Counted from the first letter of the stretch, positions 1 through 10,499 are shown. The stretch is 64,000 nucleotides of DNA from Candidatus Latescibacterota bacterium (GCA_965248755.1 OZ252149.1:3991540-4055539); one strand, 5' to 3'. Numbers and translations: made by a program. Notes: generated by a model not told the origin, from the letters alone.

Positions 1-1268
1 ACCAAGGGCATAAGGACAACGTGTGCCTCGAAGATCTTGGAGGACTTTGTGCCCCCCTATGACGCGACGGTCATAAAAAGGCTCAAATCTTTGGGAGCAG
101 TGTTGCTGGGAAAGACAAATCTGGATGAGTTTGCTATGGGGTCATCAACGGAAACGTCTTTTTACGGTACGACCCATAATCCATGGGATATGTCTTTCAG
201 TCCAGGAGGGTCGAGCGGGGGGTCTGCTGCTGCGGTGGCTTCGAATGAGTGTGTCTTTTCGCTGGGCACGGATACTGGAGGATCGATTCGGCTTCCGGCG
301 AGCTTGTGCGGTGTGGTGGGATTGAGACCTACCTACGGGAGGGTTTCTCGCTACGGACTGGTTCATTTTTCTTCTTCGATGGACGCTATCGGGCCAATAA
401 CCAAGGATGTAGAGGACTGCGCCCTTGTTATGAATGCTATATCTGGATGGGATCGCTTAGACGTGACATGCGCAAGATTAGATGTACCCAATTATATACA
501 GCTTATTAAAGCTCCAAGGAAGAAACTGACCGTCGGGATCTCGGACGATTTCCTCGATTTCCAGATAGGAAACAGGATAGTAGAGGTAGATGTTAATATA
601 AGAGAAACTTTTCTTTCTCTCGTGTAAAGACTTAGAGATTATGCTCAGTTTGAAAGTGTGAATGTGGAGAAACATAAGCTCGAGTATCTGGGCTATACTA
701 TTCCTACATATCAGCTATTGTGTAGCTCGGAGGCAAGCTCGAATCTGGCAAGGTACGACGGGACGATTTACGGTCACAGATCATACGGAAGTTACACGGA
801 TCCTGTGGAGATGATGATTAAAACCAGAGGCGAGGGATTCGGCAAAGAGGTAAAAGGAGGATAATGATAGGGACGTACTACTTGAGTGCAGGATTTCAGG
901 ATGAGTATTTCACCAGGGCTCAGAAGGTCAGGACTCTCATAAGGCGGGATCTGGAAAAAGTCCTGTCCCGATGTGATGTTTTAGTGGCTCCGACAACAGC
1001 ACAGGAGGCGTTTAAGATAGGTTCTCTTGCTGATGACCCTGTCAAGATGCATCTTACGGATATATGTGTGGCTCCAGCGGGATTAGCGGGGATCCCAGCT
1101 ATAACTGTGCCTTGTGGATTTTCCAACGGCCTTCCTATAGGATTGCAGATAATGGGCAGGCAATTCGATGAGGGCACAGTTATGCAGGTGGCGTATGCGA
1201 TAGAGCAAGTCGTAAGGGAGAACGAAGACACAGAGAGCCACTTTGCAGAAAAGGTGGATGGTGTTTAG
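1..1268 (+). pseudogene. gatA: Asp/Glu-tRNA amidotransferase subunit A (amidase family), 5'-truncated by the window; in-frame TAA at 625-627 and a 1-nt deletion near 852-855
   Basis: Frame 1 reads [53 protein letters not shown]. It continues in the same frame past the TAA (EASSNLARYDG..RGEGFGKEVK). It then shifts frame into IMIGTYYLSAG..AQKVRTLI..GLPIGLQIMG. Confidence 0.85.
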
Positions 1269-1309
1269 ATTTTAGTTGTGGGAAAAGTCAAAATGACCTA
1301 TCTTTAAAC

Positions 1310-1338
1310 TTGACAAAGACCTAGTTTTGATTTATTAT
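1310..1338 (+). promoter_or_regulatory. sigma70-type promoter of the polysaccharide locus
   Basis: TTGACA (1310-1315), 17-bp spacer, TATTAT (1333-1338), in the AT-rich region upstream of wzc. Confidence 0.7.
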
Positions 1339-1439
1339 ACGCCACGTACAGGAGCAATCTTTGCTGTATGTCTTTACTGATAAAAAGTGCGGTGAAAGTA
1401 GAGATAATTAAGATTAGCAGAAATCTATTTTAATCACAA

Positions 1440-1455
1440 TGTGACCAAGGTCACT
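1440..1455. promoter_or_regulatory. CRP/FNR-family-like operator
   Basis: TGTGA-ccaagg-TCACT versus the CRP consensus TGTGA-N6-TCACA; contains the perfect inverted repeat GTGACC-aa-GGTCAC. Confidence 0.5.
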
Positions 1456-1554
1456 GAACAAAAGTTTAAATAATATGATCTTTAGCCATAATCGGGTATC
1501 ACTGTAAAATTCTCAGTTTGCACACGCAACTCTGAGTGCATCAGGTTAGGAACT

Positions 1555-4098
1555 ATGAATACAAAAGAGACTGAAAGACCTCGTACACACTCGATTCGAT
1601 ATTTGATAGATATATTGTTCAGAAGAAAATGGGTGATCTTGCTGTGCCTTTGCGGAGTGTTGGCTCCTATAGTTTATCACAATGAGATGTCCTCGCCCGT
1701 CTATCAAGCCAAGACGACTATTGTAGTTCAAGAGTCAAGGAGTCCTATACCCAGTACGGCGGACTTATCCGAATCGATCTTTGGAAAAAAAACGTTCATA
1801 AGCAATCAGATTCAGGAGATCGAAAGCAGAACGCTTGCTGAAGAAGTCGTAAGGAATCTTCCTGAGGAAGTTAAGGAGAGCTTTCCTGTGCCCGATCCAC
1901 TCCCACGTTCGTTTAACTTCGACAGGCTCTTAGCGTCACAGATCCGCAACAGCATCTCGGCTAATCAGATCAGGGAGGCGGATGTTATAATTATACAGGT
2001 GGAATCCTACGATGCCGAAGCCGGAGCTGTAATCGCCAATACAGTGACAAAGGTGCTGCAAGACAGGAGCCTGGATGTAAATCGCGAAGCAGTTACCGAG
2101 GTTAGAAAGTTAATTGGGAAACAGTTGAAAGACTATAAAGAGCTCTTAGAGGCCGCTGAGGAGGATTTAAAGTCTTTTAAAGAGGAAAACAAAGTAGTCC
2201 TTCTGGACGATGAGGCACGTGAGATCTTAAGGAGAATAACCGAGGCTGAAAGGTTGTATAATTCTATTATATCCGAAAAGGATGGGGTTTCAGCCGGTTT
2301 AGAGATTGTGGAGAAGAGGCTATTACAGGAGAAGGATAAGATCATACCGTCGGCTACACAGGCGACGATCTTCTGGTCAAACGAACTGCAGGGGATGACT
2401 TCCTCATTGAACGAACTCAAGGAGAAACTATTCAAACTTCAGAGTTCGCGGGACAAATTGGAAATTGAGGGCTATTCTGAAGATCATCAGAAGATAAAAG
2501 AATTAGATGAAGATATAGAAAGGGCTAAAACAAAGTTGGCTCAGGAGGCGTTAAAGATAATAGATCAGGAAAATGTTCTGGATCCACTATCCCAGATGCA
2601 AGATCTAGCTGAGAGATCTATCCAGATGAGCATAGATCTGGAGGTGTTGAAGTCGCGGGAGAAGGCGCTCAGGACGATAATTGAGGCTTACGAGATCAGT
2701 CTAAAGCTCCTGCCCGATAAGGAATTACAACTGACGCAATTGACAAGAAGTAAAGAGGTAAATAATAGTATATACATGATGCTACGTCGTAAGTACGAGG
2801 AAGCGCGAATAAACGAAGCCGGTAAACTGGCAAATATAAGAGTGATCGATCCGGCGGAAGTCCCTTCTGGTCCTATAAGACCGAGGAAGGGACTGAATCT
2901 ATTGATAGGTCTTATAGTCGGATCGATATTAGGACTTGGCCTGGCTCTATTCTTGGAGTCTTTGGATACCTCGCTCAAGACTATAGAGGATGTGGAAAAC
3001 TACGTCGATCTTCCTATGATGGGATCTATTATGCTGATGAAGAATGTGGCCAACGGTAAGTCAAGAAGAAGACGCAAGGATGAACAGGATGCAGAAGTCA
3101 CTAACATCGCTGAGGAGAATCTGATCACAGCTTACAATCCCAATTCGCCCTATTCAGAAGGATATAGGACCATCAGGACGAATTTACAATTTTCGGGAGT
3201 GGACCGGCAATTAAGAACGGTTTTACTCACCAGCCCTGAGCCTCAAGATGGCAAGTCTATCACAACGGCGAATTTGGCTATAGCGGCTGCTCAGGTAGGT
3301 CTCATGACGCTTGTTGTGGATACTGACTTGAGGCGAACCGTACTTCACCATCTCTTCAACGTGGACAGGGAGCCAGGCATCACTAATATCTTGACCAAAA
3401 GCGCCGAGATGGATGAGTCTATAAGACACACCGAAATCGAGAACTTAGATCTTCTGCCCTGCGGTGCTCTGCCGCCTAATCCTTCGGAGATATTGGCTTC
3501 GCAGAGTATGAGAGACTTTTTGGAAGAACTTAAAAGGCGCTACGACGTTGTGTTTTTTGACTCCCCTCCAGCTATAGCTGTTACAGACGCTTCGGTTTTA
3601 GGGGCCCAGACGGATGGTGTGTCCTTAGTTCTACGGTCTGGTAAGACAAGCGCGGAAGCAGCGCTACGAGCAAAGACGCTTCTGGAGAACGGCCAGGCCA
3701 AGGTCATCGGAACGATTCTCAACGGTATAGACATAGAGCGTACTTATGGAAAATATGGCTACTATTATTACCATTACTACTATTATTATTCGTCAGATGA
3801 GGATGGCGACGGCGAGGTCAGGAAAGGTAAAAAGAGGAGGACGCATCGCCGCCAGAGTCGTTCGATCTCGAAATTGATAGTTCCGGTCTTGGTTCTCCTC
3901 ATAGCAGGCGCCATCTTGGCGAGAGAGAGCATACTGGAATTTATAGGATCCGATGTCCCTTATCTTAATTCCCTCTTGAGGGATAAAAAGGATGATTCTG
4001 ATGATGAGACAATGTCATCTGATAGAGTAGGAGGAGACCTTCCGGGTGAGTCAGAGAGCGCCCAGACTTCCGGTTTAGATCTCCCAGATGTGAAATGA
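1555..4098 (+). CDS. wzc: Polysaccharide co-polymerase / BY-kinase (Wzc/GumC-CpsD fusion)
   Basis: N-terminal TM, coiled coil, IRVIDPAEVPSGPIRP followed by a TM, Walker A TSPEPQDGKS, VDTDLRR, FDSPP, Tyr cluster YGKYGYYYYHYYYYY. Confidence 0.93.
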   Translation: MNTKETERPRTHSIRYLIDILFRRKWVILLCLCGVLAPIVYHNEMSSPVYQAKTTIVVQESRSPIPSTADLSESIFGKKTFISNQIQEIESRTLAEEVVRNLPEEVKESFPVPDPLPRSFNFDRLLASQIRNSISANQIREADVIIIQVESYDAEAGAVIANTVTKVLQDRSLDVNREAVTEVRKLIGKQLKDYKELLEAAEEDLKSFKEENKVVLLDDEAREILRRITEAERLYNSIISEKDGVSAGLEIVEKRLLQEKDKIIPSATQATIFWSNELQGMTSSLNELKEKLFKLQSSRDKLEIEGYSEDHQKIKELDEDIERAKTKLAQEALKIIDQENVLDPLSQMQDLAERSIQMSIDLEVLKSREKALRTIIEAYEISLKLLPDKELQLTQLTRSKEVNNSIYMMLRRKYEEARINEAGKLANIRVIDPAEVPSGPIRPRKGLNLLIGLIVGSILGLGLALFLESLDTSLKTIEDVENYVDLPMMGSIMLMKNVANGKSRRRRKDEQDAEVTNIAEENLITAYNPNSPYSEGYRTIRTNLQFSGVDRQLRTVLLTSPEPQDGKSITTANLAIAAAQVGLMTLVVDTDLRRTVLHHLFNVDREPGITNILTKSAEMDESIRHTEIENLDLLPCGALPPNPSEILASQSMRDFLEELKRRYDVVFFDSPPAIAVTDASVLGAQTDGVSLVLRSGKTSAEAALRAKTLLENGQAKVIGTILNGIDIERTYGKYGYYYYHYYYYYSSDEDGDGEVRKGKKRRTHRRQSRSISKLIVPVLVLLIAGAILARESILEFIGSDVPYLNSLLRDKKDDSDDETMSSDRVGGDLPGESESAQTSGLDLPDVK

Positions 4099-4227
4099 TC
4101 TCCTGTTATATCAGGCATAAACCAAAGCGCTTCGCAGGTGAAAACACTCTCTCGAAATGAACCCGATGGCTTGAATACTAAGTGACGAATGTTGGTGCTA
4201 GGTACTACGAACTTGAGTTTAAGATCT

Positions 4228-4253
4228 GGACGGTTAGGCGAACGTCTTTTTTT
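4228..4253 (+). terminator. Putative intrinsic terminator between wzc and wzy
   Basis: GGACG(G)TT-aggcg-AACGTCT hairpin running into a T7 tract. Confidence 0.45.
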
Positions 4254-4304
4254 ATTTGTAGGTAAGGAGTTGGCACCGATAGATTCAAGATACGTTTTGA
4301 AGGA

Positions 4305-6044
4305 ATGGTTATAGCAAAGATGAATAGTGCCCTCGTGTCTAAATATATAAAGATTACTATCTTACTACTCTTGGGCTTCCTCTTTACAAAAGCTACAGGT
4401 CAAGCTATAGTCAGTTTTTCAGAGAGTGGAGAATTAAGCTTAGGAATTATGGGGCGCGGGATGTTAGTTCCCCTGTTTTACCTTTCCTTGCTCATTTTCT
4501 TATTAAATGTTGACCCTGCGGAGTTGCTCTCCTCATTCAAGAGATTTGACATCACTTTAGGACATGTTCTTCTGGTGCTCCCGTTGTCCCTAGCTTTTGG
4601 GTATTTTTCCCTAGGAATAGCCACTTATGGAGCAACTTATTCCATATTGGGTATTATCGTGGTATCAGGGTTTTTGTGGTCGCTCTTTCTGCTAGTCACT
4701 CGAGATGATGTGTATGGTCTATCTCTTGCCTTTGTAACTCTCCCCTTTCTCAGCTTCTTAGAGTGGGATCTTATTCGGAATACTCCATTAGGAGGTGGAG
4801 TGTGGGGACCGATCTTTATTACACCTACTGTCGTCTATATCTGGCTTGTCTTTCTTGCTTGGGCGATGGGAAGGGCCATCCGCAGGCAGGGCATAGTTAG
4901 AACCCCCCTGGATAAGTATACAGCCCTTTGGGCCTTCTTTTTGCTCATATCTTCTCTGCTTTCGGGTAATATTTACAAGAATTTACAGGCTGTTTATTTA
5001 ACTTTCCTGGGACTTTTGTTCTTTTTTGTCGTGGTGGGCACAGTCCGCACTAAAAAGGATATAGTGTTTTTTCTTTCTGCTGTAACGGTCTGGGGGATTT
5101 TAAGAGTTCTTTTTTCCTATTATCAGTTTCTGCGTTTTACCGATTTCGATAAGGTTAAGGCCTTCAATCTTTACGACCCCAAAATGTATTATGCCATCGC
5201 GCACGTGGGTGAATTAGCTCTGATATGTCTTTTTATGATTCCCATATCTATTAGCGCGGCGCTTTTAGCTTCCAGCCGTCTTCAAAGATTGTCCTTTAGA
5301 CCTATACCGGTTATTTTGAGTTTTATTCTGATCTGTACGTATGTACGATCAGGTTTGGTCGTCTTTACTTTGACCTTGCCTATGCTCTTTTTGTACAGAA
5401 TTAGGAGTAGAAGATATTGGGCTGTTGGTTTGATAGCTGTGGTTCTGTCTGGGATCGGTTATGGTCTGGTCGGCAATTGGGAGCTCTTCTCACGTTTTAC
5501 GGCCTGGGACTCGATTTCAGGTTTTATCTATCAGGAAAGGATGCGTATAGACGCTTTTTCATCAGCCCTGAAGATAATGTGGGATTATCCTTTGGGAATA
5601 GGTCTCGATATGTGGAACGACTATTTTCCTTCCTATTCTACGTTGAGCCATGATTGGGAAATTATGTTTGTCAGTTCCGCGCATAACCTCTTCTTGCACT
5701 ACGGCACAGGAGGAGGGGTCGGTGCTTTGGCGACTTTGATAGCTTTTGTGGTATTTGTTTTCAGACAGATAATTTACGTTTACCGAAGGACAGAAGACAT
5801 GGTCGTACACACGGTCGCTACCGGGCTACTCTGGAGCTTTTCCTCGCTTGCTATATTAGGTTCCGTAGGGGGACTGGGCTATATCTATATTATAACACCG
5901 AGGCGCCAGATACTGATAGATATAGGACTCCTATTCTGGACGTTGATCGGTTCTATTATGGCTTTGAGAAATATACAAGCTCGCCAGGAGAGAGATGAGG
6001 GCATGAAAGATACTGATTATTATATGCGTTATGGTCGAGTGTAA
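4305..6044 (+). CDS. O-antigen ligase/polymerase family membrane protein (Wzy-like)
   Basis: More than 12 TM segments, YVRSG, R...YPLGIG and SAHNLFL motifs. Confidence 0.8.
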   Translation: MVIAKMNSALVSKYIKITILLLLGFLFTKATGQAIVSFSESGELSLGIMGRGMLVPLFYLSLLIFLLNVDPAELLSSFKRFDITLGHVLLVLPLSLAFGYFSLGIATYGATYSILGIIVVSGFLWSLFLLVTRDDVYGLSLAFVTLPFLSFLEWDLIRNTPLGGGVWGPIFITPTVVYIWLVFLAWAMGRAIRRQGIVRTPLDKYTALWAFFLLISSLLSGNIYKNLQAVYLTFLGLLFFFVVVGTVRTKKDIVFFLSAVTVWGILRVLFSYYQFLRFTDFDKVKAFNLYDPKMYYAIAHVGELALICLFMIPISISAALLASSRLQRLSFRPIPVILSFILICTYVRSGLVVFTLTLPMLFLYRIRSRRYWAVGLIAVVLSGIGYGLVGNWELFSRFTAWDSISGFIYQERMRIDAFSSALKIMWDYPLGIGLDMWNDYFPSYSTLSHDWEIMFVSSAHNLFLHYGTGGGVGALATLIAFVVFVFRQIIYVYRRTEDMVVHTVATGLLWSFSSLAILGSVGGLGYIYIITPRRQILIDIGLLFWTLIGSIMALRNIQARQERDEGMKDTDYYMRYGRV

Positions 6045-6045
6045 A

Positions 6046-7668
6046 ATGGAATCTCTCCGTCATAAGCTTATTAAAAACACTGCTCTTAATACAATTGGCC
6101 GCATGTGGGGTGTAGTGCTCAGCTTCCTTTTGATGCCGTATATTGTCTTAAAGCTGGGAAATGAAGCTTTCGGCGTTTGGGCTGTGGTCGGAGTTATCAT
6201 AAGCTATTTTATGTTGACGGACTTCGGCGTGGGATGGTCCTTCGTCAAGTATATATCTGAATACTACGCCAAGAAGGATTATAGATCTATAAATCAAGTC
6301 GTAAATACGGGATTTGTGTTCTATACAGGGGTTGCAGTCATTATCCTCCTTTTAGCTTTAGGGCTAAATCGTTTGCTCTTAAGCCTCTTTAAGGTCTCTC
6401 CTGATCTGATGAATGATGCGACGTTTGCTCTTATAGGGTCTGCCCTGATAGTAGCGTTAGGAAGACCCTTCGGCGGCTTCGGAGCGATAATTATAGGACT
6501 GCAAAGATATGACATAAGAAACGGCCTCGATATTTTTCAGTCGCTTATCAATGCAGCCGGGACTGTAGCAGTTTTGGAGTTAGGTTATGGGCTTAAGGGG
6601 CTTATTATCAACGGCCTTTGTCTTTCAGTTGCAAGTATAGTTTTAAGTGTGGTCTTCGCCTACCGGCTCCTCCCTGAGCTCAGGTTCAATCCCTTCTCGT
6701 TTTGGGACCGAACAATCTTTAAAAAGCTGTTCAGTTACGGCGCTACGCTTCAGGTAAATAACCTTTCCAATTTGATAAATATGCAGGTGGGTAAACTCCT
6801 TTTAGGATATTTTTTGAATGTATCTGTAGTCACGTTCTACGAGGTAGGTACGAGGATAGCTCATCTTGCAAGGTCGGGACCTATGTTACTTTTGGGGGCT
6901 ATAATACCTATGGCATCCGAGTTAGACGCCAAGGCGGATAGAGCGACCCTTGAAAGGCTCTATATGAGAGGGTCTAAATATATGGTAATTCCGAGCGTGC
7001 CGCTTGTCCTTTTTATCCTTATGACCGCTCCTGTGATCATATCCGCTTGGATGGGGCCGTTTGGCTATGACGGGTCAATCGACTACGGGGTCCTTGATAA
7101 TTTTGAATCCCTTGTCGTGTTAGTTCAACTGATGACTATTGGATATTTCATGCACGTGCTTACAGGGATGGGGACTAGTATATCAAGAGGCATGGGCCGG
7201 CTGAAATATGAATTGGTGGCATTGTCTCCAATTTTAATAGTGCATGTAGCTCTTAATTTAGTTTTGATCCCCAAGATGGGCTTAAAAGGAGCGGCTATCG
7301 GCGCTGCTTCGTCTTTTGCGATGTGTTCAATAGTAAATATAGTCTGGACATTTAAAAGGATTATAGGCGGCTCCTTCCTTCAATTTTTAGAGGCGATATA
7401 TCTCAAGCCCTTCTGCGCGGCGCTCTTAGCAGGGGTGTCTATTTACTGGATGGACGATCTGTTTTCCTTTTTTTCATTTCCTCCGGGAAGGGTAAAATAT
7501 CTTGCGATGTTGGGAACAGAAGGTCTGATCTTCTTCGGGGTCTATTTTGCTGTGATTCTCTGGATTGGGTACATAGATGAGTATGACAGGCATCTTGTGC
7601 TGGGATATTGGAATTCTGCAAAAGCTCTGCTCAGAAAAGATCGGAGACGTACAGTGGTTGAAGGGTAA
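6046..7668 (+). CDS. wzx: Oligosaccharide flippase (Wzx, MOP family)
   Basis: LIKNTALN, LGNEAFGVW, DFGVG and ~14 TM segments; ATG 6046 preferred over 6031. Confidence 0.88.
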   Translation: MESLRHKLIKNTALNTIGRMWGVVLSFLLMPYIVLKLGNEAFGVWAVVGVIISYFMLTDFGVGWSFVKYISEYYAKKDYRSINQVVNTGFVFYTGVAVIILLLALGLNRLLLSLFKVSPDLMNDATFALIGSALIVALGRPFGGFGAIIIGLQRYDIRNGLDIFQSLINAAGTVAVLELGYGLKGLIINGLCLSVASIVLSVVFAYRLLPELRFNPFSFWDRTIFKKLFSYGATLQVNNLSNLINMQVGKLLLGYFLNVSVVTFYEVGTRIAHLARSGPMLLLGAIIPMASELDAKADRATLERLYMRGSKYMVIPSVPLVLFILMTAPVIISAWMGPFGYDGSIDYGVLDNFESLVVLVQLMTIGYFMHVLTGMGTSISRGMGRLKYELVALSPILIVHVALNLVLIPKMGLKGAAIGAASSFAMCSIVNIVWTFKRIIGGSFLQFLEAIYLKPFCAALLAGVSIYWMDDLFSFFSFPPGRVKYLAMLGTEGLIFFGVYFAVILWIGYIDEYDRHLVLGYWNSAKALLRKDRRRTVVEG

Positions 7669-7746
7669 GGTATTAGATCGTGTGTTACGTGACTTCGATA
7701 TTGATCCGAAGCGATAAAAACAACCCGCATAAATAGGAAAGCGGGA

Positions 7747-8415
7747 ATGTCTTTGTACAAATCGTTAAAACGTGTGCTATTAAACCTGGAACGATGGATA
7801 TATGCCGGATCACCGCAATGGTTACAGGATACATTAACTAAGCTTTAGCGAAAGGTCGATATTAAGGCGCTGAAGCGCAGAGGTCCAGTAAAGTTACATA
7901 TAGGATGTGGTGCCTGGATTAAATACGATTATATCAATATTGATAAGTATCATCCCAAGGCAGATGAAAAGATAGATGCTTGCCGTTTGGAGGGTTATAA
8001 AGATAACTCGGTGGACGAAATCTTGGCAAGCCACCTGATAGAACATCTCCCAAGGCATGATGTTATAAGAGCCCTCAGGGAATGGTATAGGGTATTGAAG
8101 ATAGGTGGCAAGTTGATAGTAAGATGCCCGAATTTTGAGTTATACGTAAGGGAGTGGTTAGAGGAAAGTCCAGATTATAGAGAAGGGCAAGGAATGATGA
8201 ACATTTTTGGGCACGATTAGGAAGGCTGGTATCATACACAGGGATTCACGAAAGATATGTTAGAAAGGTGAGTCAAGGACGCGGGATTTTCAATAGTGAA
8301 AATAGAAATTACGAAGAATCCCTGGCATAAGTCCGGGCATCCCGAATATAGAGAAAATGGCGATATCTATTGTGAGGCGGTAAAAATCAGTACGTCAAGA
8401 AGCACTGAAGAATAA
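7747..8415 (+). pseudogene. Class I SAM methyltransferase with three in-frame stops (TAG 7846, TAG 8218, TGA 8269)
   Basis: One continuous frame gives KLHIGCG..YINID..VDEILASHLIEHL..EWYRVLKIGG..P..H.QGFT..AGF..IYCEAVK and ends at TAA 8413-8415. Confidence 0.85.
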
Positions 8416-8480
8416 GGCACCTGGTAAATAGTTTGGAGTATAGATTAGTCCATTAGCGTGAAAGGTTTTAATAGCGGGAT

Positions 8481-9437
8481 ATGATCAAGCTATCTATAAT
8501 TATCGTTGCGTGGAATACTAAGGAATATTCAGTGCAGTGTCTTGATTCGGTCTTTATATATCCTCCCACCTGCGAATTTGAGGTTATCTATGTTGATAAT
8601 TGCTCCCAAGATGGGAGTGTAGGTATCGTAAGAAGGTTGTTTTCTAGTGTAAGAATAATACAAAACGAGCGTAATATCGGCTTCCCCAAGGCTAATAACC
8701 AGGCTATAAGGATAGCTCAGGGAGAGTACATACTGCTTCTGAACTCTGATACAGTTGCTTTAGACGGATCCATTGATAAACTTTTGAACTTTATGGAAGA
8801 CACTCCCAAGGTCGGGGCGGCAAGCGGGAAGTGTCTCTATCCTGATGGACGCAAGCAATGGACAATCAGCACAGCGCCTTCAGTACGGGTTCTGTTCAAA
8901 TGGATGCTGGGTCGATATGGACCGTCGTACAGACTCATGTCAAGATTTATGGATATTGGAAAAGGGAATTCCCGAAGAGAGCCGAGTGAACCTGTAGAAC
9001 AGGACTATCCGTATGGTGCATTCTTGATAGCCAGAAGAGAGGCTGTCGAACAGGTAGGCCTAATAGATGAGAAAATGTTCACTTTTGGGGAAGATCTCGA
9101 TTGGGGTGTTCGAATGAGAAAGAAAGGTTGGAAGGTATTTTACGTCCCGGATGCTCAGGTAATACACTATCAAGGTCAGACAACGAAGAAAGATCCTAAG
9201 AGATTTCATATCGAATGGTTGAGGGCCCATAGATATTTCTTTAGTAAATACAAGAGCCTTCTATATTGTTCGGTTATAGACTCCATTTTGATCGCGGACA
9301 TAATGTTTATGTTTCTAAAGATCTCCTTGGGCAGTCTAATAAACAGAAGAAATAGTAACCCGGTCTTTAAATCAAGAGATGATTGTTTGGGAGTGCTAAA
9401 GGGGGCGTTCTCCAGCAGCCACAGAGCAAATAGATGA
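8481..9437 (+). CDS. GT2 glycosyltransferase (WbbL-like)
   Basis: LSIIIVAWN, VDNCSQDGS, NIGFPKANNQA, LLLNSD, EDLDW. Confidence 0.9.
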   Translation: MIKLSIIIVAWNTKEYSVQCLDSVFIYPPTCEFEVIYVDNCSQDGSVGIVRRLFSSVRIIQNERNIGFPKANNQAIRIAQGEYILLLNSDTVALDGSIDKLLNFMEDTPKVGAASGKCLYPDGRKQWTISTAPSVRVLFKWMLGRYGPSYRLMSRFMDIGKGNSRREPSEPVEQDYPYGAFLIARREAVEQVGLIDEKMFTFGEDLDWGVRMRKKGWKVFYVPDAQVIHYQGQTTKKDPKRFHIEWLRAHRYFFSKYKSLLYCSVIDSILIADIMFMFLKISLGSLINRRNSNPVFKSRDDCLGVLKGAFSSSHRANR

Positions 9438-9551
9438 AGAGAGGCGTAATCGTTTCTATCTCTAAATCCGGCCTTCTCATCAACGATATGTCCAGCAAGT
9501 TTATAATTGTTGTTTGTGTCGAAAAGAGCGTGGAGAACAAGGAGCTTTGCA

Positions 9552-10469
9552 TTGAAGAAGTATTTCCTGTCTGTGATAATACCTACTCATAACCGAGAAG
9601 ATATTCTGAAAAAGTGCCTGGAGGCTCTATTTGTGCAGTCTTATTCCAGGTCGTCGTATGAAATAATAGTGGTAGACGACGGCTCTACCGATGGGACTAA
9701 CAAGACAGTAGAAGTGCTGAAGGACTGTTCGCCCGTGCCTTTAAAGTTCTTTCAACAGATCAAAAAGAGTCCTGCGTCTGCCAGGAATATAGGCATTAAG
9801 AACGCTGAGGGTGAAATAGTCTTGATCATCGGCGACGATGTGATCGCCCTCCCGACTCTGTTAGAGGAACATATTTTGTGGCATAAAAAGTATCCTTCGG
9901 ATAATAGCGCTGTGTTGGGATTTACGACGTGGTCGCCCCAGATAGAAATTACGCCTTTTATGAGATGGTTAGAGAACGGAGGGCCGCAGTTTAAGTATTG
10001 GTCGATCAAGGATAAGGAGAACGTCGGGTATGGTCACTTCTACACCTCGAATATCTCCTTGAAACGAGACTTTCTATTGAAAAACGGTCTCTTTGACGAG
10101 GACTTTCCGTACGCTTCTTATGAGGATACTGAATTAGCATTCAGGTTGGAGAAGAAAGGGCTGAGGATTGTCCACAACGACAGGGCTATCGGCTATCATT
10201 ATCACAGTACGAGTCTAAACGACGCGTTGAAGCGGATGGAAAGGGTAGGTTTATCTCGTCAGATATACCTGTCCAAGGTGGGCAGGGATATCCAGAACGC
10301 GGATATAAACGGTCGAAGTCCTTTAAGAGAGTTTCTATCGGATGTAAAATTAAAGCTATTTAAGCTCGCAGGACATGTGGCTGAGAGGCGCTTCGTAGCA
10401 CCGAAGGTATACAGCTACTTGATGGACATGGCTATGTCTGAAGGGTTTAACAAGAAATTGCAAATTTGA
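9552..10469 (+). CDS. GT2 glycosyltransferase
   Basis: SVIIPTHNR, VVDDGSTDGT, ARNIG, IGDD, FDEDF..YEDTELA; TTG start after AGGAG. Confidence 0.88.
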   Translation: MKKYFLSVIIPTHNREDILKKCLEALFVQSYSRSSYEIIVVDDGSTDGTNKTVEVLKDCSPVPLKFFQQIKKSPASARNIGIKNAEGEIVLIIGDDVIALPTLLEEHILWHKKYPSDNSAVLGFTTWSPQIEITPFMRWLENGGPQFKYWSIKDKENVGYGHFYTSNISLKRDFLLKNGLFDEDFPYASYEDTELAFRLEKKGLRIVHNDRAIGYHYHSTSLNDALKRMERVGLSRQIYLSKVGRDIQNADINGRSPLREFLSDVKLKLFKLAGHVAERRFVAPKVYSYLMDMAMSEGFNKKLQI

Positions 10470-10499
10470 GGAAATCACAATAATCAAAGGTGTGAAGAC

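Noticed and set aside
625-8271. Alternative genetic code or selenocysteine/pyrrolysine to explain in-frame stops
   Set aside because: All three stop types appear as lesions, and all three terminate normal genes with tight downstream overlaps.
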